Positions 51,178 through 62,740 of a DNA stretch of 64,000 bases are shown piece by piece. The notes beneath the pieces are model-generated. The model had not been told where the DNA came from. It saw only the letters and a list, made by a program, of their open reading frames with translations, and made no database searches. Each line of letters starts with the position of its first letter. Position 1 is the stretch's first letter. This DNA is from Camelus dromedarius (Eukaryota): contig NC_087436.1 in NCBI RefSeq assembly GCF_036321535.1, positions 122,080,001-122,144,000 on the forward strand. Direction: 5' to 3'. The position numbers and the translations under genes are program-made.

Positions 51178-51243
51178 GGCTCCATCTCCTCCACGTGGAA
51201 CCAGACTGGGACTGTGACTGGGAGACTGTCAGCCAAGCATCCT
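51178..51243 (+). CDS. POLN: POLN coding exon 14 (66 nt); last POLN exon found in the window
   Basis: gatgaag|GGC...CCT|gtaagt. Reads [22 protein letters not shown], with the family A T-x-TGRLS motif. Confidence 0.93.
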
Positions 51244-51679
51244 GTAAGTTGGTGTCCGTGTCTGTGTCTGAACTGAGGTGTCACCTAGCCATGGGTTTGT
51301 TCCTAAGAGGGGATCCCATACTGATCGGTTGTGGGGGGGTCTCTGTTTATTGATTCAGCTAATATTTATTTAGCGCCTCCCACGTTTGGGGGACACATGG
51401 CCCCCACTTGCACAGTGTTGATTTACTGGGGGGTCTTCCTGCCCGGAGCCGCACGCTCCGGTGCTAAGGGCAGGAGGGACGGGTTCCTGTTCCCCACCAC
51501 CTTGGTTTTCAGATTTGTGCTGGACAGGTGGCTTCTGACTTCTAGAAATGTGTTGAAATATCTGGTGCTCTGATGACCACCTCCATTTCTTTGTTGCTGT
51601 TAAGACTACCTCTGATGAGAGAATCTATAAATGCCCCTGAATTTATGATGCTGCCTCAGAAACATTTAACGCAATTAAC

Positions 51680-52270
51680 TGACCAAGTGGGGTTCATCCC
51701 AGGGACACAAGGGTGGTTCAACATACGCAAATCAATCAATGCGATACATCACATCAACAAGAGAAAGGACAGAAACCTCATGATCATCTCAATAGATGCA
51801 GAAAAAGCTTTTGATAAAATTCAACACCCATTAATGATAAAAACTCTCACCAAAGTGGGTGAAGTGGGAACATATCTCAACATAATAAAAGCTATAGATG
51901 ACAAACCTACAGCCAGCATAGTACTTAACGGTGAGAAAATCAAAAGCTTCCCACTAAAATCTGGGACAAGACGAGGCTGCCCACTATCACCACTCCTATT
52001 CAACATGGTCCTGGAAGTCCTAGCCACAGCAATCAGGCAAGAGAGAGAAATAAAAGGATCCAAATTGGAAAAGAAGAGGTAAAAGTGTCACTATATGCCG
52101 ACGACATGTTACTATATATAGAAAACCCTAAAAGGTCCACACAAAACCTACTAGAGCTGATCGAAGAATTCAGCAAGGTAGCAGGTTACAAGATTAACGT
52201 TCAAAAATCAGTTGCATTTCTTTACACTAACGATGAATCAACAGAAAAAGTAAAGAAACAATCCCCTTTA
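51680..52270 (+). mobile_element. Isolated L1 ORF2 reverse-transcriptase fragment
   Basis: [20 protein letters not shown]...[16 protein letters not shown]...[10 protein letters not shown], then after a frameshift [15 protein letters not shown]. No 3' UTR or tail. Confidence 0.93.
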
Positions 52271-52699
52271 GAACTTTTTAAATGCTTTATATTTTTGAAG
52301 TAAAACGACTTGTCACTAATTTCTCATTACAGAACAATTCCTTAAGTACAGAAAAGAAATGTAAAATAACTAATAAAAGTCACTGATCGCGCCACCAGGC
52401 AGCGTTAACCGCAGTTAGCGGCTCGGTGTCTAGCCTTCCAGAGTTCTTGCTAAGCACATGTATTTATAAAATACTATTTTTATATAAAAATGAAAGCACA
52501 CTTTTATACTTTTTAATTTTATTTAAGATGTCTTAACATTAGACATCAGTATTGACCTGAATCTGTGTTTAGATTTAAATATTTGAATTACTTAAGTGTG
52601 TGAATCACATGCAGGGATTATTTAAGTCGGCACTATATAGTACATGTACACATGAGTACGTGTTCATAGTGAAGAAATTCAAGGACGGCGGAAGCTCAT

Positions 52700-53150
52700 C
52701 GACCAAAACACGAGTCCTCTTTCCCTTCCCTTTGTGGTGCCGCGGGCCCTGCGCGGGCCCTGCCAGCAGCCTGCCCGCACCCTGCCGGGCCTCGGCGGCC
52801 GCCTGCGCGCACGGAGGCGGAGAGCGGGGCGCCCGCGGGCGGGACCCCCCTCGGGGGCCCTGCGCTCCCGAGTCGCCGCGCCCACGGCTCCGCAGGGCCG
52901 TGTGTGGGGCGTCCCGCCTGAGGGCGCTCGTCCGCGGTCTCCCCCGCGCCGCCCGGCGCCGCACCTGTGCGCGCGCGGGCCGCCCGGCGCCGCGGAGGAG
53001 CCCTGCGGGAAAGCTCGCCGCTTGCGGAGGGCCCTGTTTCGGCCCGAACGGGGGTCGAGGTCCCCGTTTTCTGTCCTATCTCCGGGCTCTCTCCTGCTGA
53101 GCTTCCACTCTTTCAGAAATGTCTCCGGTCCCCGGTTTGCGGGCAGCCCT
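52700..53150. promoter_or_regulatory. Intronic CpG island
   Basis: About 450 bp of very GC- and CpG-rich sequence with a GC box (gggcgg at ~52837), between AT-rich flanks. Confidence 0.8.
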
Positions 53151-55501
53151 CCTCCCACGTTTTCTGTATGCTCTGGTTGTACTTAACTTTTCTGTGATTG
53201 CCATTGAATGTTTTGAAAGAGGAGATAAACATGAGGTGTGTATTCGGCCCCCACCTGTCCTGGAAGTCTGCGTCCCCGCCTTAACAGCTGCGTTATGCTC
53301 TTCTTAACAGCCGTCCGCGCCGAGGGCCAGTTAGATTGTTTTGGGTTTTACCTATTTCGTATGGAGGGACCGTAAACATCCTTGGACATATATTTTTGGT
53401 TCATTTCCCTGTTGATTTCCATGGCATAAATGGAAATAGATGGAACTTCTGAGTCAAAGTGTATGTGTATTTTTAAGGCTTTACATTGCTAAATTGTCCT
53501 CCAGAAAAAAAAAATGATTTTACTTTCCCCATCAAACAGCTTGTGAAATGTTCGGTTCTCTACATCCCTGCCAGTGCAGGGAGTCTTTATTTTGACTACG
53601 AGTTCCTGGCTTGATCTTTAAATTTCTGTCCCTTGAAAAGTTAAGTGAGGTTGACTATATAAGAGTCATTCTTCTGCAAATTGTCTGTTCACATCACTTT
53701 GCCCACATTTCTGCAGGATGTGTACTTTTTAATAGGCATGGAAAAGCTCTCTGTATATTAAAGATGAACCCTTTGTAAAACACTGAATTCTTTTTCTCCA
53801 TTTCTCTTCCACCCCTTTTTAAGGTGTACAATGCTTGCTACACTTAGAATAGCTTTCTTATTATACAAATAATATACAATAATTCTAAAGAATTCAAATA
53901 ATAGGTAAAAATATAAATAACAAAGTAGAAGTCACTGAAACGCCACAGCCCAGCGATAACCATCACTAGCATTTGGTGACCACGTGCTGCTTTATGCGCA
54001 CATGCATGTGCACACCCATACACGTACCTCTACGCAAATGGGATTACATCATACAAGTTGTTTTTATTATAGACGCTCCCTCACCACACCCAAACCTGTG
54101 CCTGTACCCTGTCTCAGGGCCGTCGGTAGCTCATACTAGCAGCCTAGAAAATTCATATTTTCCTCCAGACTTGTAACAAAATCTTACATAGACCCATATG
54201 TATCTATACATTTATACACAGAGACATGTAATGACTTTGTCATTCTTTATTTTACAGAATTAGAATTTTATTTTTCTACCTTTTCTTTCAGCAACAGCTT
54301 GTGGAATCCCTGCACTTCATCTGACAGAGTCCCATTTCACTCTTTCTTTTTTTAATTGAAGTAGAGTTGAGTTACGATAGTATATTGGTGTCAGGTATAC
54401 GACGGTGATTTCGATTTTTTGTGCATTATGCACCATACAAAGTTACTGCGGTGTTGTTGACTGTTCCCTCCGCTGTACGCTGTATCCCTGCGAGTTGTTT
54501 TAGAATAAACAAGCCATCTCACCCTTCACTCTCGTTGGTGCCGGCCCTCTGTGCGGGGCGTGTGCTTCACGTCCAGTCCAGCGTTTGCCTCTTTTCTTAC
54601 AGCACTTCAGTGCTTTCATTTTTTCACATGTAATCCAGCAGTACACACTTAACCAGACACTGTGCAGGTACACAGTGGTGCCATAGAACGGCTAGGACTT
54701 GAATTGCCTTTTGTTTTAAAGCACACAAACTACACTCGGTTGATATTTTAGAAGACCAGATTATAACCGGTTTTCAGCGTTTCCAGCAAGCTAGTTTCTG
54801 CCTCACACACGCCCTCCTGGGAGGTTCCTGTGTCCTGGGAGGTTCCTGTTACCAGTTGACTGCTGAAGGTCTTACCACCCACTTTTGTGTTTTGCTTCAT
54901 GGTTATTTCTCATGATGGGAATGTACACTGTTTTTGTATTTTGGTTGACTCATGTCTTTCCCATAGTCTGACATTTTAATGAAGCATTAACAGGATACAG
55001 TTTATTTAAGAACTGTGAGAATAGAGTTAATTCAATTGATTCAACTCCAGTCTCAGTAATACACATAATAAATATATTGGAGCATTTTTATAGTAGCTGT
55101 TTTAAAGTTTTTGTCAGATAATATCATCATCTGTATCATCTTGTCATTGGTATCTTTCGATTCTTTTCCAGTGTAATTTGATATTTCCCTGCTTTTCCAT
55201 GTGTCCAGTAATCTGGAGTTGTATCCTCGACATTTGGAATATTGTGCTATGAGAATCTGGGTGTTGTTTAGAAATCCCACTACAATGTTGATATTTTTGT
55301 TTTAGTGGGTGGGCAGTCAGTGGTTAGGTCCAGGTTGCAAGTTGTGACCTTCCCTCCACGAGCTCTGGTTCCAATGCATGTTCAGTTTTCAGACCCTCTG
55401 TAGTACTATTCAGGTATTCCCAAACGGTGGCCACCCAGCGGTCAGTCAGTTCCGTGGCTGGGAATTGGGTTGTGGTCTATCTTAGTTCAGTCCTCAGAGT
55501 C

Positions 55502-55563
55502 TTTTTTTAAATTGAAGTGTAACCAGTTTACAGTGTTGTATCAGTTTCTGGCGCACAGCACGA
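55502..55563 (-). mobile_element. 62-bp L1 3'-terminal insertion
   Basis: Poly-T + aaattgaagtgtaaccagtttacagtgttg. TSD CAGTYCTCAGAGTC at 55488-55501 and 55564-55577. Confidence 0.75.
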
Positions 55564-55978
55564 CAGTTCTCAGAGTCATCGGAATGCCATTTAGGATGAC
55601 ATCCATACGCATGCAGCTTGAAGCTGAGCCCAGCGGTTTGTAACTAACTCCTTTTCCCAAGCTCCTCCCTCTCTGCAGTCTTCTTACTTAAGGTCTGGTT
55701 CTTTGGCGCTCTCTCTTTTTTTTTGATCTTCCTGCCAGAAATCTGAGGCTTTAGTATCTCTGTTCTGCTGCACACTTCATGCTGTTGGCCCCATGTCTGG
55801 GGCCAAGTGGCAGGAGGACCAAGAGGAAGAAATGCTGAACTCATTGCCAGTTGGGTAGTACTTCAGATTCTGGTCAGCCTCTCCAATCTGCCTGCTTTTA
55901 TTAATTTATCAAGTCTTCAAATCGTTGTCCTATGCATTCTGTCCAATTCTTACAGCTGCACTCAGTGGAGCTGGATTT

Positions 55979-56119
55979 TTTTTTTTTTTTTTTTTGGTGG
56001 GAGGACTTAATTAGGTTTATTTATTTATTCATTTTTTAAGTGGCGGTACTGGGGATTGAACCCAGGACCTCGTGCATGCTAAGCATGTGCTCTACCACTG
56101 AGCTATACCCTCCCACCCT
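55979..56119 (-). mobile_element. tRNA-derived SINE (Vic-1-like), best-preserved copy
   Basis: Long poly-T, then ggggattgaacccaggacctcgtgcatgctaagcatgtgctctaccactgagctataccctccc. TSD GAGCTGGATTT at 55968-55978 and 56120-56130. Confidence 0.92.
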
Positions 56120-56159
56120 GAGCTGGATTTATTCTTAACCAGAAATAGGAACCTCAATT

Positions 56160-59100
56160 TCTTTAACAGCTTTATTGAGGTATAATTGACATACAATGAA
56201 CTTCACATATTGCAAACAATTTGGTGAGTTTTGACATATATACAACCATGACATCTTTACACAATCAAGATAGTGAACATACGCGTCACCCCTCAGAGTA
56301 TCCTTGTGCCTCTTTGTAATCCTCCCCCTCAGCCCCAACCTTCACCCACAACCTCACACAACTACTGACTTGCTTTTTGTCACTATATATTGGTTTACAT
56401 TTTCTGGAAATTTATATAAATGAAATCACATGTTATGTACTCTTTTTTGTCCAGTTTCTTAACACTCAGCGTTATTTTGAGATTCAGCCATGTTGTTCTC
56501 TGCTTCAATAGTTTATTCCTTTTTATCACTGAGTAGTATCCCTCTGGATCTGTGTACCACAATTTGTTTGTTTGTTTTAATATACTTTATTCTTTTAGAG
56601 AAGTTTCAGGTTCACAACAGAATTGAGCAGAAAATACAGAGAGTTTGCACGTAGCCCGCCCCACCCACATGTATATACTCCCCTACCCTCAACATCCCTC
56701 ATCAGTGTGGCATGTTTGGTACCATCGATGAATCAATATGGGCACATTATTATCAACCAAAGTCCACAGTTTACATGAGGGTTCACTCTTGGTGTTGTAC
56801 ATTCTGCGGGTTTTGACAAACGCATGATGACATGTAGCCACCACTATGGTATCATATGGAATAATTTCATTGCCCTAAAAATCCCTTGTGCTCCATCTGT
56901 TCATTCCTCCCTCCCTCCCTCTCCCCAAACCCCTGGAAACCACGATCTTTTTATGGTTTCTGTAGCTGTGCCTTTTCCAGAATGTCCTTTGGTTGGAATT
57001 GTACAGTTTGTAGCCTTTTCAGACTGGCTTCTTTCATTTAATAATGTCTTTTAAGTTTCTTCCATATCTTTCATGGCTTGGTAGATCATTTTTTTTAATG
57101 CACGTATAGTTTTTAATTTACTTGTATGTACTGCTCATTGTTTCTAAGAATGTTTACAGCTTTAGCTTTTAAACTTACATAGTTATCAAAGGAATAAAGC
57201 CAACCACAAAATAAGAATTAATTCAGAAAGATACATACACCCTGCTATTAACAGCAACATTATTTATGATTGCCAAGATACGGAAGCGCCCCAAGTGCAC
57301 ATCGATAGTTGAATAGATATTGGAGATGCAGCATATATACACGTAACGGAACACAACTCACCCATAAGAAAGAAAGATACTTACAATCACTTGTGGCTCA
57401 GAGTTTGCGCCGTCTCCACTTAGGGTTATTGCTGCGCACAGCCGTGCACAGTCCTTATGTGGATGTACCACTTCTTTTCTCTCTCTAAGTACCAGGGAGT
57501 GGAGCAGTTGGGTCAAATGGTAGATGTGTATGTTTCAATTTTTAAGAAACTGGGAAACTGTTTTCCAAAGTGATTGTGCCACTTGCCGTTCGTGCCAGCA
57601 GCTCCTGAGAGTCCCACCTGCTTCACATCCCCACCAGCACTTGGTACAGCCAGTCTTTTCCACCTTAGCCGTTCTGATAGGTGTCTCACTTGGCTCTGAC
57701 TGCATTGCCCTAAGGGCTGGTGATGTTGGGCATCTTCCCACGTGCTTATTTGCATTCATTTTTCTTGTTTAATGGAGCATCTAATCAAATCTCGTGCACA
57801 TTTTTAGGGTTTTTTTTTCTTATCACAGAGTTTTGAGAGTTCTTTACATATTCTAGATACAAGTCCTTTCTCAGGTACATACTTTGCAAATATTTCCTTC
57901 AAGTCTGCGGTGTGTCTTTTCGTTCTTTAAACACCCATCTTTTAAAGAGCAGGAGTCTTAAATTTTAACAGATACTGATTTGTCAGTGTGTTCTTACATG
58001 GATCGTGTTTTTTGATGTTGAGTCTCAGAAATCTTTGCCTAAACCAAGGACGCAAAGATTTCATCCCATTTTCTTCTAGAAGTTTTATAGTTTCTGGTTT
58101 TACTTTAGATCTATGTTCCATTTTTAACTGATTTTTTTATATGGCTTGAAGCAAGTGTCTGAATTCATGTTTTTGTGACTCGATAGTCAATTTTTCCAGC
58201 ACCATTTGTTGCCAAGACCATCCTTTCCCCTCATTTAAATGCCTTAGCACTTTTGTCAAAAATAAGTTCACCATAAATGTAAGGGTTTCTTTTTTACTCT
58301 AAATTCTGTCTAATTGGTTTTTCTTTTTTAATTTATTATATGGTGAATTGTATTGATAGATTTTCAATTGTTAAGCCAACACTTCATTCTTGGAATAAAG
58401 CCCATTTGGTATTGCTGTATTATCCTTTTTATATGTTGTTGGATTAAATTTTCTAAAATTTTGTTTAGAGTCTTTGCATCTATTTTAATGATGTATATTG
58501 GTTAGTAGTTTTTTTTTTATTTTTTATTTTATTGTAATGTCTTTGTTTGCTCTTGGTATCATAGACCAGACTTAGATAATGCCAACCTCAGATAGTGAAT
58601 TGGGAGGTATTCCCTCCCCTTCAATTTCTGGAAGAATTTATGTAAAGCTATTTGGTGGAACTTACTAGTGAAATCGTCTGGGCCTGGAGGTTTTAGGCGG
58701 GAAGGTATTTAGCTACAAGTTCAATTTCTTTCATTGATACGGCGTTATTTGTGTGATCTGTTTCTTCTTCAGGGAGCCTTGGTCGTTTGTGTCTTTCAGG
58801 GAATTTGTTCATTTCATCTATACTGTTGGACTCATTGGTATAAAGTAATCTATAATATTCCCTTATTCTTTTGCTATCTGTAAAATCTGTAGTGATGTGG
58901 CCTCTCTCATCCCTGATGTTAGTAATTGGTGTCTTCACTTATTTCCCCATGGTCAGGTTTTGGTTGCATTGATTTTCCCTGTTGTCTTTGTTTTTCATTT
59001 CATTGATTTGTGATTTGATGTTTCTCATTTTCTTCCTTATGCTTACTTTGTGCTTAATTTGCTCTCCCTTGTCTAATTTCTTAAGGTGGAAACTGAGTTT

Positions 59101-61320
59101 ATTTTTTTTTCTCCTTTTTCAGTTTTATTGGGTAGAATTATTGCAGTTCAACTGCACATACACATTATATTGCATGTAAATACATATATACACTATATAG
59201 CATGTTTGTTTTAGTTTACATATGTATACTAATTACTGTTTCTAAGAACACATTAGAGCTTTAGCTTTTTAAACTTACATAGATAGCAAAGGAATAAAGC
59301 CAACTACAAAATAAGAATGAACAGACTGTGGTAATCCAATCGAAGCTGAGTTTATTGATTTGAAATCTTTCTTCTTTCCTGATGTCAATGGACAGCCTGT
59401 CTTATGGCCTGTCAAACATGCGTTGTACATCTGTTTTAACCTAGAGGAAAGAATGCACTTAAAAATCAAAATGGAGTAACTGTTGTTCAGGCATCCAGGA
59501 TGGAGATAATTGCAAAAATAATAAAAATATGATTTAATATTAATGTTAAGATAGCCACTGCAGTTTTCTCTCAGCTAGTGTTAGCGTGGCATTTTCCCAT
59601 CCTTGTAATTTTAAACAACTGTTCTCATTATATGTAAAGTGCATTTACTGTAGGAAGTTGGTCTTGCTTTTTTATTCATTCTGGTATCGGCCTTTCACTT
59701 GGGACGTTCAGTCCGTCCACATGTAATGTGAGTACTTATACGATCAGGTTTGTCTGTGATCTTGCTGTTTGCTTTGTATCTATCCCAGTTGTTCTTTGTT
59801 CCCCTTTGCCTCTTTTTCTGCCTGCTTTTGGATTCAGTTTTTAATGATTCTCTTTTCTCTCTTTTGATATATTGGCTGTAACACTTTGTTCTGTTGTCTT
59901 AGTGGCTAGTTTAGGGTTTACAGTGGACATCTTTAGTTCACAGTCTCTCTTCAGTAGTCCTGTCATTCCACACACAGTACAGAAGCTTCCAATAATGTTC
60001 CGTTTCTGTTCTCCTGGCTTTTATGTTATTATCGTCTTTTATTTTACTTTATACTTCAGTTACAAACTCCGCAGTGTATTTAGTTTTGCTTAAATAGTCC
60101 ACATCTCTTAAACAGATGTAAATAACAAGAGAAACCTTGAATGTTTACCTGTGTAAAGTTGCAGGGCTCCTCCCTGCTTGTCTACATCCAGGTTTCTGTT
60201 TGGCGTCACTTTCCTTCTGCCTAAAGGAAACCTCTCAACACTTCTTACAGTGTGGGTCTGCTGTTGATGAATTCTTCCAGCTTCTGTAGGCCTGAAAAAG
60301 TCTTTCTTTCCCTTTTGTTTTCAAATGGTATTTTTGTGAGGTATAAAATTCTCAGTTGAAGTTTTTTCCCTCAGTATTTGAAAGTGTTACTTTACCCTCT
60401 TCTCACACTGTTTCTGATAAGAAATCTACTGTCACCGTTATCTTCATTTCTCTATCTGTGTCTTTTTTTTTTTTTTTTAATCAGGCTGTAAAGCTTTTTC
60501 TCTTAAGCACTTTCTTACTTTTGAGAAATTTGATTATGATGTACCTTGGCATAATTTTTTTGTTTCTATGTTTGAGTTTCTTGATCTGTGGGTTTATAGT
60601 TTCAATCACATTTGGAAAGTTACTGGCAAGTATTCATTCACATACTTTTTGTGTTCCTCCTTGTGTCGCCTCTCCTTTGGGAACTCCACTTACGGTTACG
60701 TACATTAGGTCACCTGTGTTTGTCCCATAGCTCACTGAGACTCATTTTTCTCCTTGTCCTAGGATTTTTTTTCCTGTTTCAATTTGGATAGTTTCTGTTA
60801 GTGTATCTTGTAGTTAACTAATCTTTTCTTTTTTCATGTCCGATCTGTTGTTAATCCCACTGAGTGTCTTTTCATATCAAACATTAGTTTTCGCTTCTAG
60901 AAATTCACCTTGGATCTTTTTTATGCCATCCGTGTCTCTCCGTAATGTTTAACATACTGGATCCAAGTGGAGGACTGTTTTAAAGTCCTCGTCTGTAACC
61001 TCAGCACCTGTGCCCACTACAGGTCCGCTCCCGTAGACGGTTATCCTCACCATGAGTCCGTTTTCCTGCTGCTTTGCACGTGCAGTCATCTTCGTCTGGG
61101 TGCTAGAGACTGTGGGTTTTACACGGTTGGGTGATGGACCTTTTTGCGTTCACGTAAATTCTCCTGAGCTTTGTTCTGGGATGAGTTAAGTTCCTTGGAA
61201 ACAGTTTGTCCCTTTCTGGTCTTGCTGTTATGATTTGTTATGCGGGTCCAGAGAAGTGCTTCATCCAAAACTAACTCTTCCCCACCCCTGAGGAAAGGCC
61301 CTCTGAGCATTCTACCTGCT
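56160..61320 (-). mobile_element. Cluster of old L1M segments with nested insertions
   Basis: cagctttattgaggtataattgacatacaat (3' end). Antisense ORF2 peptide ITNIRDERGHITTDFTDSKRIREYY (ORF 58693). ORF1/5'-like sequence at ~60200-61300. Confidence 0.8.
59104..59341 (-). mobile_element. Short poly(A)-tailed retroposed insertion, related to 57088-57217
   Basis: TSD GAARCTGAGTTTATT at 59089-59103 and 59342-59356. Minus-strand AATAAA just before the A tail. Confidence 0.75.
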
Positions 61321-62740
61321 GCTCTTGAGCTATGCGTTCTCTGAGGACGGCCGGCGGGGCCAGAGCTGCCCGGCCCCGGGTGAGTGCCGTGTGCTGTTTT
61401 CTTGTCCCTTCCGTGGCACCTTCCCAGCCTCTGGCAGTGTCCTCACGCCCCGCACTGGCCAGTTCTCTGCTGGGCACTCACTCCCCTGGGTTCAGGGGAG
61501 TGAGGATCTTATATATTGCCTGTCTTTCCCTCACTGCTAGGGTGAGGGCACTTCCTTTTCAACTGGTGGAAATAAAGCTCCCACCTCATACTTCTTAATC
61601 CGTCTAAAACCTCGCATTCTTTGTGTTCTCTTAGCATTGGCTAGATTGTTAGCCAGTCTTTGCTTTATCAGAGCCTCCGTCCAGTGTCCCTCCTGGATAT
61701 TCCCTGTACTTCCCCTACGGTGATGTTTACTACATTGTGTTTCAACTGCCTGTTTACTTCTCTTTGCCTCGCTGAGTTGTGAGCTTCACGAGGACGAGGG
61801 CCTTTCCTTCCGGCTCATTGACGCCTCTCCCGGCCTGGCTTTGCACCTGGGACGCGGTAGGCGCCAAGGTTTTATCAAGTGAAACCTGGACGTGTGATCC
61901 CCTCTCGAGCTGTCTTCCAGTGTCTCAGAGCCGTCTGGTTTGGGGTCATCATCGGGATCGCAGCATGTTGACAGTGGGGCCAAACCCTTCCCCGTGCCAG
62001 ACTGTGGCGCCCTGTCATCCCAGGCCCGCGTGGCCCTGAGGCCTTAGGTTCACCTGAACTCTCCTCGCCCCCTGACTCAGATACTGCAGAGTTTGTGCCT
62101 GTCACTCCTTGTTTTGTATGTCCCTCTTATAACTGCCATGTTTTTTACCAAGACTTTCTCCTGGGAAGGTGCTGGGGGTCTTGGCTCTTGTTGCACTTGC
62201 CGGGAGCTGCATTCTTAGCATTTCTCCGTTGTCTGATACCTCCTTACCAGGTGTGGCTTTAGATGTCCCTTCTAATGTTTCTCCATCAACAAGGCCAGTT
62301 TTTGTTAATACCTTCATTCACTGCAGTGCCATTTGCGATACTGGCTCAGACTTTATCAACATTTTGTAATTCAAAATATCTGACCTTTCACATTGTAATT
62401 TTATGAATTCTTTAGTGTCCAGAGTCCTGCCTGATTATTCTTCTAGGTTAACATTAAAAAAAATTTTTTTATGTTATATTTAAAAAATATATTGATTGGA
62501 AGTGTTAAAATCTGATCATTATTTAGCTGGATTTTTGCTTTGGTTCCTCTGTGAGTCTTTATTTCCTTTAGTTTTCTATGCACAGCATTTTGCTAGCATG
62601 TTTGTACTAGCTTTTTGGCATTTGAGTTGGAGCTAGATGATGTTTGACAGGTTGTGGGTGATGCTCTGCTGTGATTTGTGACTCCTGGACCCTCATTCTT
62701 TCCTTTGTCCTCGAGCCGTTGCTCTTATCAACTCTGTTTA

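Noticed and set aside
51573..52303. Standalone reverse transcriptase gene (retron-like or domesticated RT)
   Set aside because: The sequence is ordinary L1 ORF2, truncated at both ends and frameshifted before YADD. The apparent N-terminus is flanking DNA.
52600..53197. Overlapping 119-166 aa ORFs on both strands
   Set aside because: These Arg/Pro/Gly/Ala-rich translations are expected from stop-codon depletion in a CpG island, and none resembles a known protein.
54815..54849. 18-bp tandem duplication TCCTGGGAGGTTCCTGT(G)
   Set aside because: It is real but an ordinary slippage-type duplication with no sign of function.
56045..56115. tRNA gene
   Set aside because: It has A/B boxes, but also a tail, a TSD and multiple dispersed diverged copies, so it is a SINE.
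62102..62369. Possible POLN exon or processed pseudogene (ORFs 62102 and 62169)
   Set aside because: Neither translation matches the expected next POLN segment (NIQG...) or any protein I recognise.
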